The notes: generated by a model not told the origin, from the sequence alone. Shown: positions 46,465 through 54,550, numbered from the stretch's first letter. The stretch is 64,000 bases of DNA from a virus (IMGVR_UViG_3300031240_000002:1-64000), one strand, 5' to 3'. Translations and numbers: made by a program.

Positions 46465-46965
46465 CTACCCTTTTGAGGTGTGCACCAACACCCGGCAGAT
46501 CCTCCCGCCGGCGCGCCCGGACCCGCAAAGCTGGTCGCGCCGGTCGGGAGGGGAGCCACCGCCTACTCCGGGACGAGCCGCCGCCGGAACGGGAATGCCG
46601 AGTAGGGAGACCTCCCGGCGTCGCAGGCAGCGTTCATCTCTCGCTTGATTCGTTCCTGCAATTTCGGCGTCGGTCTCTTCACGCATGCCGGGGATGCCGG
46701 GATCGAGCAGCGATCGGGCTCGCCCCTGGCTGGCCGCGATGCGCTCCGGGTAGACGACGGCGTTCGGGTTCTCGATCGTGAACGGACCGATCGTGCCGAG
46801 CGGCGGCCAGACGGTCTCGTCTCCGGCGGTTACGTCCTGCCAGGGCGCGAGCTCGACCGGCGCCTCGCGGCCCACCGACCTCGGGTCGGTCACCATCGGC
46901 AGAGGCTGGATCTCGCAGGTCTCGACGCACCCCTCCTCGGGGTTGCAGCGCGGATCGTGGAGCAT
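46465..46965 (-). CDS. hypothetical protein
   Basis: starts 9 nt after TAGTAT. Confidence 0.55.
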   Translation of the reverse strand: MLHDPRCNPEEGCVETCEIQPLPMVTDPRSVGREAPVELAPWQDVTAGDETVWPPLGTIGPFTIENPNAVVYPERIAASQGRARSLLDPGIPGMREETDAEIAGTNQARDERCLRRREVSLLGIPVPAAARPGVGGGSPPDRRDQLCGSGRAGGRICRVLVHTSKG

Positions 46966-46973
46966 CGCCCCCA

Positions 46974-46984
46974 GATACTACGCG
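46974..46984 (-). promoter_or_regulatory. CGCGTAGTATC motif copy 9
   Basis: exact 11-mer; TAGTAT 9 nt before ATG 46965. Confidence 0.75.
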
Positions 46985-47005
46985 CCCCGGCGGCGGGGCG
47001 GGAGG

Positions 47006-47314
47006 CTACAGCCCCTTCGCCTCCGGCCCGCGTGGCCCCCGCTCGCGCTGCTCCCCCTGCTTGGTGGCGCGCACGGTGAGCCCCTCTTTCACCTCGGTCT
47101 CAACCTCCACGCCGAGCACCCTGACGGCGGCCGGCGTGAGCGGGTGGAGCAGGATCTTCTTGATGACCTCCGTCTCCTCCCCCACCGGCAGAAGATCAGC
47201 CCCGAGCCGCCGGCAGATGACCTCGTCCCGGGAGTGAGGGGCGATCGAGACGATCCCATGCTCGCCGCGCACGGTGGCCACCGGCGCGCCCCCGAACGGC
47301 GACGGGAGCTTCAC
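47006..47314 (-). CDS. hypothetical protein
   Basis: GTG overlapping the upstream TGA; 102 aa. Confidence 0.6.
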   Translation of the reverse strand: MKLPSPFGGAPVATVRGEHGIVSIAPHSRDEVICRRLGADLLPVGEETEVIKKILLHPLTPAAVRVLGVEVETEVKEGLTVRATKQGEQRERGPRGPEAKGL

Positions 47315-47748
47315 GACTGAGCGCCCTCGGTCAACTCGGTCTTCTCCGCCTTCTGGCCGGCCTTCTTCGCGATCGGCGGCGGCAGATTCAGCTCCGCCTC
47401 GGGCACGTCGATGCCCATGTCGCGCAGCTCCTCGGCGCGCGCCACCGCCGCCTTCTGCTGGTCCACCCACCACCCCGGCGGGTCGATCGGCTCGAGCTTG
47501 CAGCCCCGGTTCTTCAGCGCCCGGATGTCGTACTCGGCCGCGCTGATCTCGTCCCCGAGGTTCAGGAAGAAGTCCCCCTGGGGTCGGTTGAACGGTCCGA
47601 TCTTGTTCGGCGCCTGGTGGTTCTTGGGGCCGTCGACGACCCGGAAGAACTCGACCGCCGTCTCCTTCCCCCCGGACTTCTTCAGCACCGGCTGCGCGGT
47701 GCGGGCGATGTTCCCTTCGGGCATGAGCGAGGCTGGTCTGGTCTTCAT
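47311..47748 (-). CDS. hypothetical protein (post-capsid)
   Basis: ATG 47748 with GGAGG SD. Confidence 0.7.
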   Translation of the reverse strand: MKTRPASLMPEGNIARTAQPVLKKSGGKETAVEFFRVVDGPKNHQAPNKIGPFNRPQGDFFLNLGDEISAAEYDIRALKNRGCKLEPIDPPGWWVDQQKAAVARAEELRDMGIDVPEAELNLPPPIAKKAGQKAEKTELTEGAQS

Positions 47749-47802
47749 CGGGTCGGTCCTCCAGCCCAAGAGCCTACCCCCGACCGCCGCCGGCGCGGGC
47801 AC

Positions 47803-47834
47803 AAAAAGAAACGGCCACACGAGGTGGCCGTCTC
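47803..47834 (-). terminator. intrinsic terminator
   Basis: GAGACGGCCAC-CTCGT-GTGGCCGTTTC followed by TTTTT. Confidence 0.85.
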
Positions 47835-48079
47835 AAACCGTCTGGCGATGCGTGGTTTAAATGGTCAGCGAACCAACGAATCAGTTGTGACCCAAGCATT
47901 TGACGCACGAAGCGTCCGCGTGCCCGACGCGATGGACCGCGCTCTTTCCTGACGGCTCGGCTGGCTCAGCGCTTGGCGACAGAAGTCGTGGCGCGTGTTG
48001 CCCACCGATACAGACGCTGCCGAAGCGGCGTCACTATGACCGGACAAGCCGGCCAAGACTTTGATGGTGTAGGCCATCT
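47803..48079 (-). ncRNA. candidate structured non-coding RNA (~280 nt), family unknown
   Basis: own TTGACC-N17-CATCCT promoter and terminator; multiple nested helices including a C(UUCG)G hairpin; the only ORF has atypical codon usage. Confidence 0.6.
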
Positions 48080-48086
48080 GGGGACG

Positions 48087-48115
48087 AGGATGGAGGGCGG
48101 CGGCGCGCTGGTCAA
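48087..48115 (-). promoter_or_regulatory. sigma70-type promoter for the candidate ncRNA
   Basis: TTGACC (48110-48115), 17 nt, CATCCT (48087-48092). Confidence 0.65.
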
Positions 48116-48123
48116 GCGTTCGC

Positions 48124-48432
48124 TCAGTGACAGTCGCAGTAGCGCGCGCCGACGCGGGCGAGGTTGCGGCATCCGGGCACGGCGCAGTCCCCGTCGGCCA
48201 GCCACTCGACCTCCAACCCCCGCAGCACGAACCGCCCGCGCTGCCCCCGGTGTCGCTCCCGCCAGAGGCGCAAGCGCGTCCCCTGGTCTCGCGAGCAGCC
48301 GCTGCAGGTCCCCGAGATCTGGTAGCCGCAGCGGGCCCGGTACAACGTGGCGCGGCAGGCGCGCGGCGGAGCGGCCCCCGACGCGAGGACATCGGCCTTC
48401 GTCCGCCCTGGGTGCTGCCCGTACCAGCTCAC
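48124..48432 (-). CDS. small Cys-rich hypothetical protein
   Basis: GTG overlapping the upstream stop; CSGC, CAVPGC...YCDCH. Confidence 0.55.
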   Translation of the reverse strand: MSWYGQHPGRTKADVLASGAAPPRACRATLYRARCGYQISGTCSGCSRDQGTRLRLWRERHRGQRGRFVLRGLEVEWLADGDCAVPGCRNLARVGARYCDCH

Positions 48433-48806
48433 CCCGGCACCTTCACTATCCGCTCGGGGTGCCACCGCTTGATCATCGCCGCCCGGAGCCCCGCCTCGTT
48501 GTTCACGATCGCGTTCTCCAGGCGGTCCTGCTCGTCGTCCCGCGCCTCGTCTACCGGCTTCCAAACGTAGCCGTCCGGGACCGACCGGTCAGCGACGATG
48601 AAATTCGTGTCGCGCCGAACGTGTCCCGGCGCTGGTTCCAGCACCCAGCCGTCATTGAAGCGCTCGTTCCGCCGCACCAGCCACCCGCGGTGATACTCCC
48701 CGGGGCAGCCGTCGCAGGCCGAGTAGATCACGTCGTGCGCCTGAAGATCGCCGGGGCGCTCCACCCGCTCGCAAAGCTCGCCGTTGATCGTCCGCCGCTC
48801 GGGCAT
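48429..48806 (-). CDS. hypothetical protein
   Basis: 125 aa, GGAGG upstream. Confidence 0.65.
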   Translation of the reverse strand: MPERRTINGELCERVERPGDLQAHDVIYSACDGCPGEYHRGWLVRRNERFNDGWVLEPAPGHVRRDTNFIVADRSVPDGYVWKPVDEARDDEQDRLENAIVNNEAGLRAAMIKRWHPERIVKVPG

Positions 48807-48809
48807 GGC

Positions 48810-49037
48810 CTACCCGCCCTCCGCAGGTGGCTCGTGCGCCTTCCCGAGCGGCGTCGCGTCGACCACCTCCACGAACTCGGCGTGACCGTTCTTGCACAGG
48901 CACTGCCCGCCGGGCCCGCTCGGGTCCGCCTCGCGGCGCTCGATGTCCGCCTTCAGGTCGTTGACCACGTTCGACATACACCAGCTCGATTCGTTCCGAT
49001 GGAAGACGACGTCGTGCTCGGTCCAAAAGTGGGGCAC
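48810..49037 (-). CDS. hypothetical protein (possibly frameshifted from ATG 49065)
   Basis: VPHFWTEHDVVFHRNESSWCMSN...CLC; the promoter-proximal ATG 49065 is in another frame. Confidence 0.55.
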   Translation of the reverse strand: MPHFWTEHDVVFHRNESSWCMSNVVNDLKADIERREADPSGPGGQCLCKNGHAEFVEVVDATPLGKAHEPPAEGG

Positions 49038-49072
49038 CTGGCGTTACCACCAGCTTCATCGTCATGGTCTCG

Positions 49073-49083
49073 GATACTACGCG
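49073..49083 (-). promoter_or_regulatory. CGCGTAGTATC motif copy 10
   Basis: its TAG is the stop of the HNH gene; TAGTAT 8 nt before ATG 49065. Confidence 0.75.
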
Positions 49084-49862
49084 GCCGGCGCGCCAGCGCG
49101 GAACGGCTCCGCAGCGCGGGCACGGATGGCGGCGGGGTCGTAGCCGTACCTCGCGCAGAAGACCTCCAGCGGCCGGTCCCTCTTCCGCGAGTTGCAGCTC
49201 CTGCAGGCGGGCACGATGTTGCCGCGAACGTGCGCCGCGCGCGCCCCGAGCTTCACCACCGGGTCGAGATGATCCATGGTCAGGTCTTTCCTGCGCTCCT
49301 TCCCGCAGTAGGCGCAGCACCAACCGAAAGCGTCGACCACCTTCTTCCAGTCCGCCCACGGGAACAGCGAGACGGGCACACCGAGTCGAAGCGCGACGTT
49401 GATTGGCTGGTGCTTCAGCATCGCCCGTCGCTCGCGTTCTCGCTCGCGGTGGTATTGCCGGCGCTCCGGTTTCTCGCGGTCACGTCTCTGGGCGGCGCGA
49501 CCCTTGGGCGACCGCGACCACTTCGCATAGCTCGCCTTGCGTCGATCGGGATGCCGAGCGTCGTAGCGCTTCGTTCCCTGGGCCGCCGAGAGCTTCGCCC
49601 TTTCGGGATTCGCTGCCGTCCATCGGTCGAGACGCTCTCGCGTCTTCCGCTGCCGCTCCGGATTCGCCCGGTAGTGGCGCGCGTCAGCTGCGGCTTTCTT
49701 CTTCGGGTTGGCCTTCTGCCATTCCACCGCCTTGATCTTCGTGCATCGAATGCAGTAGCCGCACCAGCCGTCATCTTTCTTCGACGGGTAGAAGTTGCCC
49801 TCGGCGACGAGGACGTCGCGACACCGCGAGCACTGCTTATTCCCATCCGGTCGGACGTTCAC
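49077..49862 (-). CDS. HNH endonuclease (intact)
   Basis: N-terminal CSRC..CIRC, Arg-rich helix, CAYC...TMDHLDP...GNIVPACRSCNSRK; GTG 7 nt after TAGTAT. Confidence 0.9.
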   Translation of the reverse strand: MNVRPDGNKQCSRCRDVLVAEGNFYPSKKDDGWCGYCIRCTKIKAVEWQKANPKKKAAADARHYRANPERQRKTRERLDRWTAANPERAKLSAAQGTKRYDARHPDRRKASYAKWSRSPKGRAAQRRDREKPERRQYHRERERERRAMLKHQPINVALRLGVPVSLFPWADWKKVVDAFGWCCAYCGKERRKDLTMDHLDPVVKLGARAAHVRGNIVPACRSCNSRKRDRPLEVFCARYGYDPAAIRARAAEPFRAGAPAA

Positions 49863-49868
49863 GCGACC

Positions 49869-49879
49869 GATACTACGCG
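49869..49879 (-). promoter_or_regulatory. CGCGTAGTATC motif copy 11
   Basis: exact 11-mer; TAGTAT 7 nt before GTG 49862. Confidence 0.75.
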
Positions 49880-49884
49880 GGGCA

Positions 49885-49919
49885 CAAAAGAAAACGGGCA
49901 CCCATCGGCACCCGTTTTC
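49885..49919 (-). terminator. intrinsic terminator after the major capsid gene
   Basis: GAAAACGGG...CCCGTTTTC followed by TTTT. Confidence 0.8.
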
Positions 49920-49943
49920 CTCGGCTATTTCAGCGCTTTTCGA

Positions 49944-51320
49944 TCAAGCACTGTGAACTACGCAGACCGCGCGCTTGAACGTGGCGGTCGTCGGCGGCGA
50001 GAGCTCGTCGGTCGGCACCGCCCAGTCGCCGCAAAACTGCCAGGTCGTGCTGGTGTTCTCCTGCAGCTTGTCGATGGGCGCACGCATGATGAGCCGGATC
50101 TCCTCGGTGATGACCTGGACGCCGTTGTTGGTCACGGCGAAGTCCCCGACCTTGCCCATGATGCCGGCCTGGCTGATGAACTGGCTCTGGTCGAGATACT
50201 TCTCCTCGATCCAGCCCTGGCCGGTGCAGATGGGCCGGCGCAGCTGGATGCTGGCGCCGTTGACCGTCTCGAACCCGTGGGTGTTCCCGTCGATCGGGTC
50301 CGGGTCGCAGGTCTGGACGGTGGGCGCCTCGTTGTTCCGGTAGAACACCGACTGCCCGAACACCCCCAAGCAGAAGCGCTTGTAGTGCACGTAGTCGGGG
50401 AGCGACTGGTTCAGACGCTGCCACTCGTTGTCCCCGAAGACCTGCAGCTCCGACTGGCTGTCGAGGTGCCAGTGGTAGAAGCCGTCCTCGTGGGCGGGGA
50501 CGTTGTTGTAGCGGAGGATCCCGATCGCCGTGCGGACGTCGCGCACCGCGAAGGTGTCCGAACTGTCGATGGCGTCGACCGACGTCCCGCCGCCCGAGTA
50601 GACGATCTGGCTCGCCTTCGACGTGATGACCGAGGAGCGGGCCGGGAGCGCGACGGCGAGCGCCGGCGTGATGGTGAGCGTCCCGCCGTGGATCGGGTCG
50701 CCAGCGGTGTCAGGCGCGGCCGCCGTGACCTGGCCGGTGTAGCCGATGCCGGGCAGCGAGATGTTGATCGGGTTCGTGCTCGACACCGGCTGCTGGCTCC
50801 CGCCGAACAGGTTGGTGGTGAACCCGGTCAGGTTGACGACGTGGATGGTCGTCGCGGCGCTGTTGGCCAGCGTGTCGGTCACCGTGTTGCCGGCGACGTA
50901 GGCGTTGTAGCCCTTGTCGCGAACCACGCGGTTCATCGACTGGCCGGCCTGGAGGCCCAGCTGGTGGATGTTCCGCATGAAGGCCGAGGCCAGCTGCAGG
51001 TAGCTGGTCGGCATGTTGGTGTCGATCGAGTCGTTCCACTTCATCGCGGTGGCCGACCACTGCTCGATGCCGTAGGTCTTCCCGACCGGGTCCACGCCAG
51101 CGACGGCGGGGCGGGTGCGGGGCTTGATCAGACCGGGCCGGGTGAACGTCGAGGTGCCGCCCAAGTGGGTCGGCCAGAGCTCGCGCATCGCTTCCATCCG
51201 GAACAACAGGTTCGGGAAGAGCGCGTCCCGAAACACGCGCTGGAGCGTGTTCGACTGGATCGTCGCAGCGATCGACGGGTTGAAGATTACCGGGATGCTG
51301 CCGTCGGGAAAGTTGGCCAT
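49944..51320 (-). CDS. major capsid protein
   Basis: 458 aa after a scaffold-like gene, strong promoter and terminator; LGLQAGQSMNR, VRTAIGILRYNNVP..DG.Y HK97-fold-like pattern. Confidence 0.85.
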   Translation of the reverse strand: MANFPDGSIPVIFNPSIAATIQSNTLQRVFRDALFPNLLFRMEAMRELWPTHLGGTSTFTRPGLIKPRTRPAVAGVDPVGKTYGIEQWSATAMKWNDSIDTNMPTSYLQLASAFMRNIHQLGLQAGQSMNRVVRDKGYNAYVAGNTVTDTLANSAATTIHVVNLTGFTTNLFGGSQQPVSSTNPINISLPGIGYTGQVTAAAPDTAGDPIHGGTLTITPALAVALPARSSVITSKASQIVYSGGGTSVDAIDSSDTFAVRDVRTAIGILRYNNVPAHEDGFYHWHLDSQSELQVFGDNEWQRLNQSLPDYVHYKRFCLGVFGQSVFYRNNEAPTVQTCDPDPIDGNTHGFETVNGASIQLRRPICTGQGWIEEKYLDQSQFISQAGIMGKVGDFAVTNNGVQVITEEIRLIMRAPIDKLQENTSTTWQFCGDWAVPTDELSPPTTATFKRAVCVVHSA

Positions 51321-51382
51321 GGGCGCTGTTTCTCCGTGTGTTTCTTGGGTTGGTGGTTGCCCCTCTCTTGGTCGTCGCTAGA

Positions 51383-51434
51383 TCCTGAGTTCGATCGAAA
51401 CTGTCGCCGAGCCCCCGTTGAGCGTCAAGTAGGG
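51383..51434 (-). promoter_or_regulatory. capsid promoter plus leader motif
   Basis: CCCTAC-TTGACG-N17-GACAGT...GAACTCAGGA. Confidence 0.7.
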
Positions 51435-51459
51435 GGCCCGGCGCGGCGGGCGCGAAGCG

Positions 51460-52278
51460 CTACCCGGTGATGCCCATCGAGCGCTTGTGTTTGCGCCATT
51501 CCGGCTCGCTCAGCTTGCCCGCGTCGAAGACAGACGGCGGCGTTCCCGTCGGCGCGGCGGGCGGCTGCTCGCCCCCCGGCTGGTGGCTCGCGGGCGGCGC
51601 CGTCGACAGCGTCAGGTCCACCGGCGGCGGCGGGGCGGGAGCCGCGACCGTCGGCATGTGCGTCTTGCGGACGTAGGCGAAGACCGCCGCGTCGTCCATC
51701 TCTGGCTCGCGATCGAACGCCTTCTTGACCTCCGCGGGGACCTTCGTCGGGTCAGCCGCGTAGACGCCGAAGAGGTTCTCGTACTCCGAGAGCGCGAAGT
51801 TGACGTACTGCTTCGGGATGCCGGCGCCGACGGCGGCGGTCTCGAGCTGGAGGCGCGTCATCTGCGCCTCGTAGGTGCTCTTCCGGCGGGCCAGCTTCCC
51901 CTTCAGCTTCTTGATCCGCGCCTGGGCTTCGGCGAGCTCGGCGGCGGTCTGCGCGTTGGCGGCGGGCGCAGGCGGCGTCCCGGGTGCGGGCGGAGCGCCC
52001 GGCGGCGGCGCGGTGGCGGCGAGCTTGGCGATCGCCTCCTCGAGCGTGCACCCGAGCTTCCGCTGGATCACGCGGGCGGCCTCCTGGTCGACCCGCTTAC
52101 GGAAGCCGGGCTGCTGGTCGAACGGTGCCGGCTTCCCTGGCTTGTTCGGCCGCTGCGGCGCGCGCGGCGCCGGCGGTGCAGCTGCTGCGGCCGGCAGCGG
52201 CGGTGCAGCGGGGGGCGGCGGCGCTCCCGGTGGCGTTCCTGGCGCTGGCGTACCCGTACCCGGATCCTGATCTCCCAT
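51460..52278 (-). CDS. capsid scaffolding protein
   Basis: Pro/Ala-rich, coiled coil, C-terminal helix LSEPEWRKHKRSMG; directly upstream of the capsid gene. Confidence 0.75.
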   Translation of the reverse strand: MGDQDPGTGTPAPGTPPGAPPPPAAPPLPAAAAAPPAPRAPQRPNKPGKPAPFDQQPGFRKRVDQEAARVIQRKLGCTLEEAIAKLAATAPPPGAPPAPGTPPAPAANAQTAAELAEAQARIKKLKGKLARRKSTYEAQMTRLQLETAAVGAGIPKQYVNFALSEYENLFGVYAADPTKVPAEVKKAFDREPEMDDAAVFAYVRKTHMPTVAAPAPPPPVDLTLSTAPPASHQPGGEQPPAAPTGTPPSVFDAGKLSEPEWRKHKRSMGITG

Positions 52279-52332
52279 GTGCTTCTCCGTACCCGCCGCG
52301 TCTCAGCCCGGTGGCGCTGCCCCTGCTGCCCG

Positions 52333-52384
52333 AAGAAGAACGACCGCGCGCGCAGGGCGTAGGGGGAGGAGGCGCGCGCGGTCG
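52333..52384 (-). terminator. possible terminator/hairpin
   Basis: 13-bp stem CGACCGCGCGCGC with an 18-nt loop, followed by TTCTTCTT. Confidence 0.45.
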
Positions 52385-52390
52385 GAGAAC

Positions 52391-52816
52391 TTACGGCGTG
52401 TTGCGGATGCCGGGCGAGCGCTGCATGTAGCCCACCGTGGTGTCGGCGTCCTTCAGGTACAGGAAGCTGACCGCGGTCACCGCATCGGCGGTGTTGAAGA
52501 GGACGTTCTTCCCACCGTCCCAGACGCAGACGTTGGCGGGCGGGATGATCGCGGCGGGGCCGCTGATCGGGCCGACGAGGATCTCCTTCTCGTGCACGGT
52601 CCCGGTCTCGGCGGTCGCCAGCGCGCGCAGCAGCCCCGAGGAGCTCGGCTGGTTGGCGAGGACCGCGATCTGGGTCGTGCTGTTCGGCGTGACGCCGGTC
52701 TCCGTCATGGTCAGCCCCTTGATGAGGGCGTTCAGGAGCGACCCGAAGGGCGTCTCCCGCAGCAGGTCAGCCAGGCTGTTCGGGGGGGAGAGGTCCAGGT
52801 TTGCTCGGATATTCAT
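52391..52816 (-). CDS. putative head decoration/virion protein
   Basis: own TTGACG promoter, AAGGAG SD, head region. Confidence 0.6.
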   Translation of the reverse strand: MNIRANLDLSPPNSLADLLRETPFGSLLNALIKGLTMTETGVTPNSTTQIAVLANQPSSSGLLRALATAETGTVHEKEILVGPISGPAAIIPPANVCVWDGGKNVLFNTADAVTAVSFLYLKDADTTVGYMQRSPGIRNTP

Positions 52817-52848
52817 CTCGGTCTCCTTTGGGCGGCGTGAACGGGCTG

Positions 52849-52877
52849 ATTGAAACAGCGCCGGTCCGGACCGTCAA
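52849..52877 (-). promoter_or_regulatory. sigma70-type promoter
   Basis: TTGACG-N17-TTCAAT. Confidence 0.6.
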
Positions 52878-53588
52878 GAAGGCCGGCGCGCGATTGCGTC
52901 CATGATCCACGGAGCCGAGCGCTTGAGGAACTCGCTCGGCGTCTTCCGGTTCTTCCGCCGATTGCATCCCCGGCAGGCGGGCGCGAGGTTGGAGATCTCG
53001 TGCCCGCCGCCGCGCGCGATCGGGATGACGTGGTCGACCTCTCCCCCTCCGACGCCGCAATACAGACAGCGATCTCCCATCTCGGCCATCGCCGCCCTGA
53101 TCTGCGGTCCCGTGACCTTCGCCGCGCTGGTCACCGCCCTGCGGCGCGCCAAGCGGATTCGGTAGGTGACCGCCCGAGACGGACCACCGCGATATTGGCG
53201 ATCAGACGAATGCGCGTACCTGCACTTCCGCGAGCAGTATTTGCTCGTCAGTCGAGCAGGGGCCGACCGGCAGAAGGCGCAGGCCTGGTCGGTCGGTGTC
53301 GAGATGACGCTGAGGTAGAGCGCCTTTCGGCGTCGGCCTACCTCGGCTCGGTAAGCCGGGTCGGTGGCGTACTTCTTCCGTCTCCTGATCCGCTCAGCCT
53401 CCGCGACCTTTCCTCTGTTGCGGCGCTTGTACGAGCGCTTGGCCAGACGGCCGACCTCCGGATCGGGACCGCCTTTGTACCTGGGATTTCCAGGGCCGCC
53501 AATTCGCGGCATAGCGGCAGCCGCGCGAACAAAACATCTTGCCAGCCGGGACCGGGCGTTCTCGACAGCTCGGGCAAACCTCAGTCAC
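52874..53588 (-). pseudogene. HNH endonuclease with N-terminal frameshift (C-terminal ORF 52874-53512 may still be expressed)
   Basis: MTEVCPSC...FCSRGCRYAA joins IGGPGNPRYKGG after a one-base shift near 53503; CLYC...VDHVIPIARGG...NLAPACRGCNRRK. Confidence 0.7.
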
Positions 53589-53592
53589 ATGG

Positions 53593-53997
53593 CTAACTTA
53601 CATCACCAGCGAGCAAATATGCGATATCGCAGGACTGGCTGCTGGTGTCGATCGCGATGCTCAGGATCTCGTCCCCCGGGTTCCGCACCCGGTGCACGTA
53701 GAGGTCGGAGACGGGGAAGGTGGCCGGGCCCTTGGCGGTGGTCGTGATCGTCACGTTGATGGTGACGCCGGCCAGCAGCCGGATCGCCACCACCCGCGCC
53801 TTGGTCATCGTCCCGAACGGCAGCGCGAACGGGGAGCCCGAGGACGAGACGATCTCGCTCTCGACGCGGTTGACCAGGCAGGCGTAGCAGTCGCAGAAGT
53901 TCAGCTGCAGCAGGTCGACCAGCGACGCCGAGAAGTACCCGGTGTTTGCCGGCGTCCCCGTGAGGACGCCGGTCAGCTGGATCTGGTTGCTCTGCAC
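53593..53997 (-). CDS. putative virion protein, paralog of 18253-18651
   Basis: colinear similarity to 18253-18651. Confidence 0.7.
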   Translation of the reverse strand: MQSNQIQLTGVLTGTPANTGYFSASLVDLLQLNFCDCYACLVNRVESEIVSSSGSPFALPFGTMTKARVVAIRLLAGVTINVTITTTAKGPATFPVSDLYVHRVRNPGDEILSIAIDTSSQSCDIAYLLAGDVS

Positions 53998-54007
53998 GGG
54001 GGCGCGA

Positions 54008-54193
54008 TCAGCCGGCGCCGCTGCCGCCGTCGGTCATGTTGCCGAACGGGGTCGGCGTCTCGCGGAGCGGGTTCTGGTCCTCGCCCCAGCGCTCGGCGAT
54101 CGGCGCGGACGGGAAGTCCGGCGTGCGCTGGCGCTGCTCGTCGAGCGCTTCGTTCGGGTCGCTTCCGGGGACAGGCGTGGGAAGGGTCGGCAT
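54008..54193 (-). CDS. micro-protein (61 aa)
   Basis: AAGGAG SD; DPNEALDEQRQR...NPLRETPTPFGNM. Confidence 0.7.
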   Translation of the reverse strand: MPTLPTPVPGSDPNEALDEQRQRTPDFPSAPIAERWGEDQNPLRETPTPFGNMTDGGSGAG

Positions 54194-54220
54194 GGTCGTC
54201 TCCTTGCTCGTGATCGGTGG

Positions 54221-54376
54221 TTACTTCGCGTCGCCGACCTTGAAGGGCACGGCCTCGGTGAGCTTCTCTTTGACCTGCGCCTCGGAGAGGTTCGCCAGCT
54301 TCGGGTCCTCGCCGCGCGCGCGCTCCATGTCGCGGTCCTCGTTCGGGTCTTCCCCGCCGTTGCTGCTCTCGCCCAT
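54221..54376 (-). CDS. micro-protein (51 aa)
   Basis: AAGGAG SD; MGESSNGGEDPNEDRDMERAR...EAVPFKVGDAK. Confidence 0.7.
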   Translation of the reverse strand: MGESSNGGEDPNEDRDMERARGEDPKLANLSEAQVKEKLTEAVPFKVGDAK

Positions 54377-54379
54377 GGC

Positions 54380-54550
54380 TCAGGTCTCCTTCAGGTTGGT
54401 GACGTCGGCCTTCCCGTCGGGCGGGTTGGCCGGGGTCGCGCCGAAGCTCGGTTGCTGCGGCAGCGCGTTCTGGGGGAGGTCCTCGGTCTGGCTCTCCAGC
54501 TTCCCGCGGTCCACCCCGATCTTCAGTGCCTGTTCTCTCGGGCTAGGCAT
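54380..54550 (-). CDS. micro-protein (56 aa)
   Basis: MPSPREQALKIG...NPPDGKADVTNLKET. Confidence 0.65.
   Translation of the reverse strand: MPSPREQALKIGVDRGKLESQTEDLPQNALPQQPSFGATPANPPDGKADVTNLKET

Noticed and set aside
47865-48077. 70-aa leaderless ORF MAYTIKVLAG...
   Set aside because: Codon usage is unlike the rest of the phage and dense RNA structure explains the region better. Not fully excluded.
47803-48079. Candidate RNA as tRNA, tmRNA or 6S RNA
   Set aside because: No cloverleaf, T-loop or CCA end, and it appears multibranched rather than one long bulged hairpin.
47973-51470. 1165-aa plus-strand ORF
   Set aside because: Antisense shadow of the capsid, HNH and small genes. Arg/Pro/Val-rich with no motifs, as expected from stop-codon scarcity at high GC.
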